Below the pieces are notes generated by a model. The model worked only from the letters and a program-made list of their open reading frames with translations, did no database searches and had not been told where the DNA came from. From Planctomycetota bacterium (GTDB lineage Bacteria; Planctomycetota; UBA1135; UBA2386): 62,637 nt of DNA. The stretch's first letter is position 1. Each line of letters opens with the position of its first letter. Shown here piece by piece: positions 36,546 through 45,325 of the stretch. The translations under genes were made by a program, and so were the position numbers. The DNA is taken from positions 1 through 62,637 of the forward strand of contig JBASWX010000179.1 of assembly GCA_049276695.1 (NCBI GenBank), in the 5' to 3' direction.

Positions 36546-37559
36546 ATGCGCGCCGCCACCGCAGCCGCGTGCGCCGGCCTGCTCGTCGCCAGCGGCTCCG
36601 CGCAGGCTTCCACGCCGACCGGCAAGCCCGGGGATCTCGTGCTGCGCCTGCTCGACTTCCATGGTGCCCCGGTGTCGAGCGCCGAGGTCACGGTGCTGAC
36701 CGTCAAGGACTTCGGGCACATGGCCGCCCTCCACTACCTGCGCCCCCCGGATCGTCTGCAACCGGCGGACTTCCTCGATGGTCGTGCCAGGCTGAGCGGC
36801 TTGCCCGCGGGCGACTACGTGCTGGTGGTCACTTCGCCGCCACTGGCGCCGACCGCCTCGTTCCGCATCCGCCTCTTCGACGACGCGCCCACGGAAGTCT
36901 GCGTGCGCATGCACCGCGGCGCAGTAGCCACCGGCATCGTCGTCGACGAGCAGGGTCGGCCCCTGGCGGGTGCCATCGTCAAGGCAGAGGTGCCGAGCGA
37001 TGACCGGACCGGGACCTTCCTGCCGATCGCGGAGCCTGAGGCACGGCGCTTCCTGCCACGCGGTGCCGCCACCGTTCGCACCGACGAACGCGGCGCCTAC
37101 CGGCTCGCGGCCCTCGCCCGCGGCAACCATCGCCTGGTGGTGCAGCGCGAAGAGCGCGTTGCGGTCCGCGTGGACTTCGCGTGCCAGGACGACTCGCCGC
37201 TCCCGCTGCCGCCGATCGCGCTGGCGCGCGGCACCAGGGTGAAGGGAGAAGCCACGGTCGACGGTGTCCGGGTTTCGCGCGTCAAGATCATCCTCTCCTG
37301 GACCCCGGTGACCGCGCCCTCGACGTCCGACGTCCTGCCGCTCGTGCAGTCGATCACTGCCTTCACCGACGACCACGGCAGGTTCCAGGTGGCCGAGCCA
37401 CTCGGCGACGGGATCTGGCAGGCAGTCGCAGCCGCCGCCGGCAATGGCAATGACGTCTTCACGGCACTGCAGCAGATGCAGCAGAGCCGGCAACGCCTCG
37501 AACTCACGGCGTCGCCGCGCGAACGCGAACTGTCGTTCGCGCTCACGACCAGCCACTGA
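36546..37559 (+). CDS. Secreted protein with carboxypeptidase-regulatory-like beta-sandwich repeats
   Basis: The internal ATG at 36546 gives 337 aa starting MRAATAAACAGLLVASGSAQA (signal). Repeats include 'LVLRLLDFHGAPVSSAEVTV', 'ATGIVVDEQGRPLAGAIVKAEV...TDERGAYRLAALARGNHRLVV' and 'VKGEATVDGVRVSRVKIILS...TDDHGRFQV'. The upstream 527 codons of the listed ORF are antisense to the serpin. Confidence 0.7.
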   Translation: MRAATAAACAGLLVASGSAQASTPTGKPGDLVLRLLDFHGAPVSSAEVTVLTVKDFGHMAALHYLRPPDRLQPADFLDGRARLSGLPAGDYVLVVTSPPLAPTASFRIRLFDDAPTEVCVRMHRGAVATGIVVDEQGRPLAGAIVKAEVPSDDRTGTFLPIAEPEARRFLPRGAATVRTDERGAYRLAALARGNHRLVVQREERVAVRVDFACQDDSPLPLPPIALARGTRVKGEATVDGVRVSRVKIILSWTPVTAPSTSDVLPLVQSITAFTDDHGRFQVAEPLGDGIWQAVAAAAGNGNDVFTALQQMQQSRQRLELTASPRERELSFALTTSH

Positions 37560-37998
37560 CCGCACCGCCATCACCCCCGTACATGAGAACGGGCTCGCGG
37601 CGCTTCAGGTCTGCCTGTTGGCATCGGCGGTGTGTGCCAGCGACCACGCGAAGTGGCGGCACGCTCGACCGCGGCATGGTTGCGCGCGAGCCCGGGTAGG
37701 GCGGGGACCCTCGCTGCTCAGGCCAGCTCGGGCTCCCTTCGGTCCGGTGGTGTCGACGTCAAATCCGTACCTCCATCGGCAAGAGTCTCGAAGGGTCGGT
37801 CGGAAGGTCGCCGATGCATGCTGCGGCGACCACACGATCATCCTACCTCGCCCCTCCGCCCCGGCTACTACCCTGATGGCCGCATCTCCGGCCGGACGCG
37901 GACGGACGTCGCCGGCCGGTGGACGACCTGGTGAACAGGCGGCCCACGCCATCGCGGCATGGCACGGCCGCCTCGGCCACATCGCCGCGAACGTGGCG

Positions 37999-40515
37999 TC
38001 ACAGCGCGCCGATCGTCAGTGCCAGCGCGTTCGTCGCCGTGACGGCGACGAGGTTGCCGAGCGCGTCGACTTCGACCGGCACGACCTGCTGATGGAAGAC
38101 CCCGCCGACCAGCGTCGCCGAGTTCGGGATCGCCAACGTCGCCATCGCCTGACCGCCGGCAGGCACCAGCAGGTCGAGCAGGTCGAGCGTCGCCAGCTGG
38201 CTGCACCCGGGCAAACCCTGCGGCAGGAGCGACGCGAGCGGAATCGACGTCGTTGCGAAGCCGACGATCGACAGTGCGAGGCCGTTCGCCGGCATGCCGG
38301 TGGCGAGCGAACGGCAGGTGCCGCCGATCCACGGCAGGTCGATGGGGCCGAGCACGTTGGCGCCGCCGCTGCCGGCACAGCCGACGCCCGCCACGATCGC
38401 ACTCGCGGGGCACGGTGACACGAGCAGCGCGAACCGCGGCGACACCGCGCCACCGGCGAGCCCGAACGCGCCGCCGACCGCGAGCGAGCCGTCCGGCCGC
38501 ATCGCGAACGCGCGGATCGCGCCATCCGTCCCCGGCATCGCCGACCAGTTCGCCCCGTTCCAGCGCGCGATCCGTGCCACCGGCACACCGCCGACGCTGG
38601 TGAAGTCACCGCCGACCAGCAGGTCGCCGTTCGGCAACGGCGCCAGCGCCAACCCCGCGACGCCAGCGATGCCACTGCCCATCGCGTACCAGGACGCACC
38701 GTCCCAGCGCGCGATCCGTGACACCGCCACACCGCCCGCCATCGTCATGTCACCAGTGATCACCAGGTCGCCATTCGCAAGCTCCGCGACGGCGCGCACG
38801 TAGTTGTTGACGCCGCTGCCGAGTGCGGCCCACGCACTGCCGTCCCAGCGCGCGACGCCGTTGGCGGGAACACCACCGATGGCAGAGAACGTCCCAGCGA
38901 CGACCAAGTCGCCGTTCCTGGTGACCGTGAGCACGGTGACCAGCCCGCCGCCGCCGCCGGCGAAGGGGGTCCAGCTGCTGCCCGTCCAGCGCGCGAGGTT
39001 CGGCACCGCGGCGCCGCCCGAGGTCGAGAATGCGCCGCCGGCGATCAGGTCCCCGTTCGGCAGCACGGCCAGCGCGAACACGGTGCCGTCCAGCCCGGCA
39101 CCGAGCGGCGACCACACGCTGCCATTCCAACGGGCGACGCGATTCACCGGCACTCCCCCCGCCGACGTGAACGCGCCACCGGCGATCAGGTCGCCGTTCG
39201 GCAGCACGGTGATCGCACCCACGCCGACGTTCAAGCCAGCTCCGAGCGCCGTCCAGACACCTCCACTCCAGCGCGCGACGCGGTTCGCAGCGACCGCGCC
39301 CGCCGACGTGAACTGTCCACCTGCGTACACGTCGCCCGACGGGGTCGACGCGAGCGCGAGGATCCAGTCGTTGAGCCCAGCCGCGAGCGAACTCCAGGAA
39401 GCACCACTCCAACGGGCGATGTTCTGCGCGGCCACGCCACCGGCCGACGCAAACGTGCCACCGACCAACAACCCAGCACCTCCAGTCGGCAGCAGCGCAT
39501 AGGTCGCCACGACGCCGCTGCCGAGCGCGGACCAGGTCGAGCCATCCCAACGCGCGATCCCGTAGGCAGGCACTCCACCCGCTGCGGTGAATCCACCCGC
39601 CGCCACCACGTCGCCGTTCGGCATCATGCAGAGCGCGTCGGCGCTGCCGAGACCGGACTGGTAGGCCAGGTTCCCGATCGACGACCACACCGCCCCGTCC
39701 CAGCGGGCGATGCCCCACGCATTGATGCCGCCGGCGGATCCGAACGGACCGGTGACCAGCACGTCGCCGTTCGGCATCGGCAGGATCGCGTTGACCGCGC
39801 TGTTGACGCTGCTGCCGAGCGAGGACCACGTGGCGCCGTTCCAGCGCGCGATGCCGACGGCGTTGACGCCGCCCGCGTACAGGAACCAACCGCCGACGAG
39901 CACGTCGCCGTTCGGCAGCGCGGCGACCGACTTGGCCAGCGGCGCACTGCCCGGGAAGGCGACGCCGGTGCCGAGCGACGACCACGCGGTGCCATTCCAC
40001 CGCGCGACGCAGTTCACCGGCAATCCGCCGGCTGCCAGGAACGCGCCAGCCGCGATCAGGTCGCCGTTCGCAGCCACCGCGAGCGCATACACGGTGTCCG
40101 ACAGGCCGGTTCCGAGCGGTTGCCAGGACGTCCCGTTCCAGCGCGCGACGCGGCTCGCCGCCGCACCGCCGGCACTCGTGAACCCGCCACCGGCGACGAG
40201 ATCGCCGTTCGGCAGCACGGCCAGCGCCGACACGCCGAGGTTCATCCCCGAACCCAGCGTGCCCCACGCGCCGGTTGCGGGGTCGAAGGTGGCGATGTAG
40301 TTCGCCGCGATGTTGCCCGCGATCGTGAAGTTGCCGCCGAGCACGTGCACCGGTGCATGCGGCCCGGCACCGTCGGGATCCCACGTCACCATCGCGCGCA
40401 CGACCGCGTTGGTGCCGCCGAGGCCACCCTGCGACTGCCACTGCAGCGCGCACTGCGCCGACAGCACGGTACCGGACAGCAGCGGCACGAACGCCAGTGC
40501 GCAGCTCAGGTTCAT
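37999..40515 (-). CDS. Secreted tandem-repeat protein (about 13-14 copies of a ~47-aa 'LPNGDLxxGGxFtxAGGvxxnxiARW[ND]GxxWsxLGxG' repeat; beta-propeller-like) plus the shared C-terminal module
   Basis: The internal ATG (40513-40515) gives 838 aa starting MNLSCALAFVPLLSGTVLSAQC (signal). The repeats can be read directly in the translation. The C-terminus is '...CPASAIVAGVGCAGSGG...LLPQGLPGCSQLATLDLLDLLVPAGGQAMATLAIPNSATLVGGVFHQQVV...ATNALALTIGAL'. The 465 upstream codons of the 1303-aa ORF are Arg-rich and antisense to kynU. Confidence 0.85.
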   Translation of the reverse strand: MNLSCALAFVPLLSGTVLSAQCALQWQSQGGLGGTNAVVRAMVTWDPDGAGPHAPVHVLGGNFTIAGNIAANYIATFDPATGAWGTLGSGMNLGVSALAVLPNGDLVAGGGFTSAGGAAASRVARWNGTSWQPLGTGLSDTVYALAVAANGDLIAAGAFLAAGGLPVNCVARWNGTAWSSLGTGVAFPGSAPLAKSVAALPNGDVLVGGWFLYAGGVNAVGIARWNGATWSSLGSSVNSAVNAILPMPNGDVLVTGPFGSAGGINAWGIARWDGAVWSSIGNLAYQSGLGSADALCMMPNGDVVAAGGFTAAGGVPAYGIARWDGSTWSALGSGVVATYALLPTGGAGLLVGGTFASAGGVAAQNIARWSGASWSSLAAGLNDWILALASTPSGDVYAGGQFTSAGAVAANRVARWSGGVWTALGAGLNVGVGAITVLPNGDLIAGGAFTSAGGVPVNRVARWNGSVWSPLGAGLDGTVFALAVLPNGDLIAGGAFSTSGGAAVPNLARWTGSSWTPFAGGGGGLVTVLTVTRNGDLVVAGTFSAIGGVPANGVARWDGSAWAALGSGVNNYVRAVAELANGDLVITGDMTMAGGVAVSRIARWDGASWYAMGSGIAGVAGLALAPLPNGDLLVGGDFTSVGGVPVARIARWNGANWSAMPGTDGAIRAFAMRPDGSLAVGGAFGLAGGAVSPRFALLVSPCPASAIVAGVGCAGSGGANVLGPIDLPWIGGTCRSLATGMPANGLALSIVGFATTSIPLASLLPQGLPGCSQLATLDLLDLLVPAGGQAMATLAIPNSATLVGGVFHQQVVPVEVDALGNLVAVTATNALALTIGAL

Positions 40516-40818
40516 GGCAGGCTCGTCAGGAACATTCCGGATGCGCCGGGGCGCGGCGTTCACCTGCCGGTGCCGCCCGGCGGCGGAGCGAACTTCGCCA
40601 GCCACGCCGCGAGCTTCGCCGCCTGGCCCTGGCCCGGTTCGGCGGCGGCCCACGCGGTGTAGAGGCGGGAGCTCCGGCGGCGGTCTCGTCAGCCATCGCA
40701 ACGGGGGGCGGGAGTGCAGGGATCGCCGCACGGCGGCGCTGCCTCGACACCACCGGGGCGAAGGCAACCGACGCACGTGCACCCGCACCACGGGCTCCGT
40801 AAGGTGCGACCCGGTTCC

Positions 40819-42018
40819 ATGCTCGCATCGGATCCCCTGCTCGCGTTCCGCGATCGCTTCCCGATCACGCAGCGCGCCAACTACCTGATCTCGAACTCGC
40901 TCGGCGCGATGCCGAAGGCGACGCGCGCCAGCGTGCAGCAGTTCCTCGACCAGTGGGACCAGCGCGGCGTGCGCGCGTGGGGCGATGGCTGGTGGGTGCT
41001 GCAGGAACAGGTCGGCGACCAGATCGCTGCGGTGCTCGGCGTCGCCAAGGGCAGCGTGTCGATGCACCAGAACATCGCCGTCGCGCAGGAGATGATCCTG
41101 TCGTGCTTCCGCTTCGACGGGAAGCGCAACAAGGTCGTGCAAGCCGACCGCAACTTTCCGAGCGACCAGTACATCTACGAAGCGCGCAAGGCGCACGGTG
41201 CCCGGCTGGTCCGCGTACCCGCCGCCGCCGACGGCATCTCGACCGACGGCGAACAGGTCGCTGCGGCGATCGACGACGAGACGCTGCTGGTCGCGATCGA
41301 CCACGTGATGTTCCGCAGCTCGGCGATCGTCGACGTCGAACCGATCGTGCGGGCGGCGCGCAAGCACGGCGCCTTCGTCGTGCTCGACGTGTTCCACTCC
41401 GCCGGCATCGTGCCACTGGAACTCGGCAAGCTCGGCGTGCACGCGGTGGTCGGCGGCGCCCTGAAGTGGCTGTGCGGCGGCCCGGGTAACTGCTTCCTCT
41501 ACGTGCATCCCGACGAACGCCAGCGCCTCGTGCCGAGCTTCACCGGCTGGGCCGCGCACAAGCAGCCGTTCGCGTTCTCGCCGGCGGGCCAGGACTACCG
41601 CGACGACGGCGGCCGCTTCCACACCGGAACCCCGAACGTGCCAGCGCTGTGCGCGGGCAAGGAGGGCATCGCGACGATCCTCGAAGCCGGTCCGGCCGCG
41701 ATCCGCGCGAAGAGCCAGCGCCAGACTTCGCTGCTGATCGAGGAGGCGCAGCGTGCCGGGCTCGCCATCCGTTCGCCGCTCGCCGCCGCCCGCCGCGGCG
41801 GCCACACAGCGCTCGACGTGCCGCACGGCTACGCGGTGTGCCAGGCGCTGTCGGCGCGCGAGATCGTCGTCGACTTCCGCCCTGACGCCGGACTGCGGGT
41901 GGCGCCGCACCTCTACAACACCGACGACGAGGTCCGCACCGCGGTGCGCGCGATCCGTGCGATCCTCGACGGCCGCGAGTACGAACGCTTTCTCGCCGCG
42001 GCGAAGAAGCCCGGCTGA
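40819..42018 (+). CDS. kynU: Kynureninase (PLP-dependent)
   Basis: The internal ATG at 40819 gives 399 aa: MLASDPLLAFRDRFPI...ANYLISNSLGAMPK...DRNFPSDQYIY...FHSAGIVPLEL...GGALKWLCGGPG (PLP-Lys context). It matches the kynureninase layout by eye and is followed by a kynurenine formamidase-type gene. Confidence 0.75.
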   Translation: MLASDPLLAFRDRFPITQRANYLISNSLGAMPKATRASVQQFLDQWDQRGVRAWGDGWWVLQEQVGDQIAAVLGVAKGSVSMHQNIAVAQEMILSCFRFDGKRNKVVQADRNFPSDQYIYEARKAHGARLVRVPAAADGISTDGEQVAAAIDDETLLVAIDHVMFRSSAIVDVEPIVRAARKHGAFVVLDVFHSAGIVPLELGKLGVHAVVGGALKWLCGGPGNCFLYVHPDERQRLVPSFTGWAAHKQPFAFSPAGQDYRDDGGRFHTGTPNVPALCAGKEGIATILEAGPAAIRAKSQRQTSLLIEEAQRAGLAIRSPLAAARRGGHTALDVPHGYAVCQALSAREIVVDFRPDAGLRVAPHLYNTDDEVRTAVRAIRAILDGREYERFLAAAKKPG

Positions 42019-42038
42019 CCGGAGCGAACACGACGCGC

Positions 42039-42683
42039 ATGCGCATCTACGACATCAGCGAACCGATCGAACCGGCGACGGCGGCGTTCCCCGGCGACAC
42101 CCCGTTCTCGCAGCGGTGGGTGCTGCGCCAGGAGAACGGCGGCTCGTGCAACGTCAGTACGATCACGATGTCGGTGCACGTCGGCACCCACACCGACGCG
42201 CCGCTGCACTTCGACCTCGCCGGTCCCGACATCGCCAGCGTCGAGCTGCGGCGGTACCTCGGCCGCTGCCGCGTCGTCGACGTGCAGGGCACGGGCTCGC
42301 CGGCGCTGATCCCGGCGGCGGCGCTGACTCCCGCGCTGCTGAAGGGAGCCGAGCGCATCCTGTTCCGTACCCGCCCACAGCACGACCACCGCACCTTCGA
42401 CGCCGAGTTCACCGCACTCGGCCCCGACGCCGCGCGCGCGCTGATCGCCGCCGGCATCGTGCTGGTCGGCATCGACACGCCGAGCATGGACCACGCCGAC
42501 AGCAAGGAGCTCGACGGCCACCACGTGCTGTACGAAGGCGGCGTCGCGATCCTCGAGAACATCGACCTGCGCTTCGTGCCAGCGGGCGACTACGAACTGA
42601 TCGCGCTGCCGCTGCGCATCGTCAACGGCGACAGCAGCCCGGTGCGCGCGATCCTGCGCGAACTGCCCGCGGCGCCGTGCTGA
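42039..42683 (+). CDS. kynB: Kynurenine formamidase / arylformamidase (cyclase family)
   Basis: 214 aa. The metal-binding motif 'HVGTHTDAPLHF' (HxGTHxDxPxH) and 'GIDTPSMD' are typical of the cyclase/arylformamidase family. Confidence 0.8.
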   Translation: MRIYDISEPIEPATAAFPGDTPFSQRWVLRQENGGSCNVSTITMSVHVGTHTDAPLHFDLAGPDIASVELRRYLGRCRVVDVQGTGSPALIPAAALTPALLKGAERILFRTRPQHDHRTFDAEFTALGPDAARALIAAGIVLVGIDTPSMDHADSKELDGHHVLYEGGVAILENIDLRFVPAGDYELIALPLRIVNGDSSPVRAILRELPAAPC

Positions 42684-42689
42684 CCGCGG

Positions 42690-43238
42690 TCACGGGAACG
42701 CCTCGCCACGCGCGACCATCGCGTCGAAGCGGGCCCGGCACAGCCGTAGATGCGCCTCCGGATCGCGCGGCCGCACCCAGTCGAAGCCGATGCGACGCCA
42801 GTCGGGGTCCTCCGGATCGAGGCCCAGCTCCCGCACCGCGCCGGCGACGGTGACGAAGAACTGCGTCCGGTGCGGCAGCAGGTAGCCGCCCTCGCAATGG
42901 AGCGAGCGCGCCGCTTCGGCGTAGTCGGCGAACCATCGGTTGACGAACGCCGTCATCGCCGAGCAGTGCACGGTCACGCACGCGAACAGCGGCAACGACC
43001 CACGCAGCAGCTCGCCCCACGACACGAAGCCGTGCTCGAACGCGACCACGTCCTGGGCCGCGTGGCGCAAGCCACGGCGGCGGTTCGTAAGTTCGGCAGG
43101 GTCGGCATCGCGGAACGCTGGCAACTGCGCGAACCGCGCCGCCGCCGCGTGCGCAACCGGCGGCGGTGCGGCGAGATCCTGGTGCAGCCGCCGGGCGAGC
43201 TGCCGGCACCGGTCCACGAACTGCTCGCCGTCGTTCAC
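42690..43238 (-). CDS. Hypothetical protein
   Basis: 182 aa with balanced composition (MNDGEQFVDRCRQLARRLHQDL...FVNRWFADYAEAARSLHCEGGYLLPHRTQFFVTVAG...). The overlapping + ORF is Arg-rich up to 43350. Confidence 0.55.
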   Translation of the reverse strand: MNDGEQFVDRCRQLARRLHQDLAAPPPVAHAAAARFAQLPAFRDADPAELTNRRRGLRHAAQDVVAFEHGFVSWGELLRGSLPLFACVTVHCSAMTAFVNRWFADYAEAARSLHCEGGYLLPHRTQFFVTVAGAVRELGLDPEDPDWRRIGFDWVRPRDPEAHLRLCRARFDAMVARGEAFP

Positions 43239-43349
43239 GTCGTCCGCTGTACCACGGCGGCGGCCGAGCGGCCACCGCGGGCGCGTTCCGGCCAGCGCTC
43301 CCTTGCCTTCGATGGCCGACGCCGACTACGAACTGTGCGCACGCATCGC

Positions 43350-43754
43350 ATGAGCAAGCGCCCGATCAACCCGAAGGAGCTCGCCGCCCCGGTCGGCTTC
43401 GCGCACGGCTGGCTGGTCGAGAACGGGCCATCGCGCACGCTCTACCTCGCCGGCCAGTGCGGCTACGACCAGGCCGGCCGCGTGGTGGCGAAGGGCGACC
43501 TCGTCGGCCAGCTCGACCGCGCACTCGCCAACATCGGCCTGGTGCTGCGCGACGCGGCGATGACGTTCGCCGACGTGGTGCAGCTCAACTTCTACGTGAC
43601 CAGCCGCGACGACTACGCAACCGCGCGCAAGGCGTTCGGCGAGGTGTGGAAGAAGCACTGCGGCCGGCACTTCCCCGGCATGGCGATGTTCCAGGTGGTG
43701 TCGCTGTTCGATCCGGAAGCGCGCATCGAGGTGCAGGGGATCGCGGCGCAATGA
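43350..43754 (+). CDS. RidA/YjgF/UK114-family (reactive intermediate deaminase-like) protein
   Basis: The internal ATG at 43350 gives 134 aa: MSKRPINPKELAAPVGFAHGWLVENGPSRTLYLAGQCGYDQAGRVVAKGDLVGQLDRALANIGLVLRDAAMTFADVVQLNFYV...IEVQGIA. Confidence 0.8.
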   Translation: MSKRPINPKELAAPVGFAHGWLVENGPSRTLYLAGQCGYDQAGRVVAKGDLVGQLDRALANIGLVLRDAAMTFADVVQLNFYVTSRDDYATARKAFGEVWKKHCGRHFPGMAMFQVVSLFDPEARIEVQGIAAQ

Positions 43755-44092
43755 GGGCGGCGCTCCCGATCGTGCTGCTGGCGGCGTGCGCGAGCGAGCA
43801 ACCGGCTGGCACCAGCGGCTTCGACGACAGCGCCGGCGTCGTCGAGGTCGCGGTCGCCGGCGACGACTTCGTGCTGTGTGGCGGCGAACGGCTGCCGCTC
43901 GATGCGTTCGTGTTGCGGCTGCGGCAGCGCACGCGCGCAATGACCCGCGACCAGCTCAACCGCTTCGTCGTGCACATCCGGATGGCCGCGGACATCCCGG
44001 CTGGCGAACCGGCGAAGGTCGCCTACGCGAACAAGAACCGGCTGCTCGACGAACTGCACGTGATGGGCGTGACCCAGGTCAGGTACCTGTGA
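43751..44092 (+). CDS. Small lipoprotein, unknown function
   Basis: The ATG overlaps the RidA stop (ATGA at 43751-43754). It gives 113 aa starting MRAALPIVLLAACASEQ (lipobox L-A-A-C). Confidence 0.6.
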   Translation: MRAALPIVLLAACASEQPAGTSGFDDSAGVVEVAVAGDDFVLCGGERLPLDAFVLRLRQRTRAMTRDQLNRFVVHIRMAADIPAGEPAKVAYANKNRLLDELHVMGVTQVRYL

Positions 44093-44120
44093 GCGACCGC
44101 GCCGCCGAGGAGCGCGCCGG

Positions 44121-44828
44121 ATGACGCTGCTGCGCCGCCACGTGCCACCCGAACTGGTCGTGTTCGACGTCGACGGCACGCTGCACGACACCTTCCGGTG
44201 GTGGGCGCCGGTGATCCGCGCCGGGCTGCAGCGCTTCGCCGAACTGCACGGCGTGCCGATCGCGCCGCCGAGCGACACCTTCGCCGAGGCCGTCGTCGGC
44301 ATGAAGGACGCCGGCGTGTGGGCGCCGTTCCTGCCCGACTCGCACAAGCACCGCTGGCAGGAACTGCGCGCGGTGGTGCTGCCGATGGAAGTCGAGGAAG
44401 TGAGCCGCGGCGTCGACTACCTGTTCGCCGGCGTGCGGCCGCTGCTGCTGCACCTGCGCGACCTCGGCGTGCGCACTGCCCTCGCCAGCAATTGCCGGCG
44501 CACCTACATGGGCGCGATGCAGCAGGGCCAGGGGCTGGCGGCGCTGACCGACTGGCAGTTCTGCCTCGACAGCCCGGGCGTGCAGACCAAGACCGACATG
44601 CTCCGGTCCGCGCACGCGACCGCCGGCAGCCCGGCCCGGGTCGTGATGGTCGGCGACCGCGAGCCCGACCACGAGGCCGCCCGCGAGCTGGGCTGGCCGT
44701 TCGTCTGGCGCCGCAACGGCCGCTGTGCGATCGAGCAGGCCGAACTGGTCTGGAACGGCGACCCAGACCACCTGCTGGCCGGGCTCGGCCTGCCGCCGCT
44801 GGCACGGCGGGATCGCGGCGACGGCTGA
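44121..44828 (+). CDS. HAD-superfamily hydrolase
   Basis: 235 aa with an ATG preceded by GAGGAG. Motif I is 'VVFDVDGTLHDT', motif II 'ALASN', and the motif III/IV region 'VMVGDREPDHEAA'. Confidence 0.75.
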   Translation: MTLLRRHVPPELVVFDVDGTLHDTFRWWAPVIRAGLQRFAELHGVPIAPPSDTFAEAVVGMKDAGVWAPFLPDSHKHRWQELRAVVLPMEVEEVSRGVDYLFAGVRPLLLHLRDLGVRTALASNCRRTYMGAMQQGQGLAALTDWQFCLDSPGVQTKTDMLRSAHATAGSPARVVMVGDREPDHEAARELGWPFVWRRNGRCAIEQAELVWNGDPDHLLAGLGLPPLARRDRGDG

Positions 44829-44919
44829 AACCCCGGCGAGCCGCCGGGTTCGCCCAGCCTGGCGCGCCTTCTCCCAATAGACTGTCGGCCCGACCGTAGC
44901 CGGCCACCCGATCCGCCCC

Positions 44920-45318
44920 ATGGAACTCGCCGTCATCCTGATCCCGATCTTCGCCTTCGTGCTGGTGAAGATCGTCCTCGACCACCGCGCCGCGGCGCGC
45001 GCCGACAACGTCCGGGTGCTCGAGGAGGCGCTGAAGAGCCCCCACCTCGACCGGCCGACCCTGGAATCGCTGACCTACCAGCTGACCGGGCACCGCGCCC
45101 CGCGCCAGGCCGCGGGCGGCAGCAAGTTCCTCGCCTTCGTGCTCGCGATCGGCTGGATCGCGCTGTTCGTCGGCATCGGCCTGTGGGTCGCCGGCGCGAT
45201 GTTGCGCGGCGGCGACGACATGGAGATGGCCGGCATCCTGATCGCGGTCACCGGCTTCGGTTTCGTGACCTACCCGTTCGCGCTGCGCGAACTCGATGCC
45301 CGGCGCCAGACCCCGTAG
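44920..45318 (+). CDS. Small membrane protein (tandem paralog 1)
   Basis: 132 aa with an N-terminal TM helix, a soluble helical segment ('LEEALKSPHLDRPTLESLTYQL') and two C-terminal TM helices, ending in 'ALRELDARR'. Confidence 0.6.
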   Translation: MELAVILIPIFAFVLVKIVLDHRAAARADNVRVLEEALKSPHLDRPTLESLTYQLTGHRAPRQAAGGSKFLAFVLAIGWIALFVGIGLWVAGAMLRGGDDMEMAGILIAVTGFGFVTYPFALRELDARRQTP

Positions 45319-45325
45319 GTGAACG

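Noticed and set aside
40516-41910. N-terminal 465 codons of the listed 1303-aa minus-strand ORF
   Set aside because: This part is Arg/Ala/Val-rich and antisense to the well-supported kynureninase gene. A signal peptide (MNLSCALAFVPLLSGTVLSAQC) begins at the internal ATG 40515, which is the sensible start.
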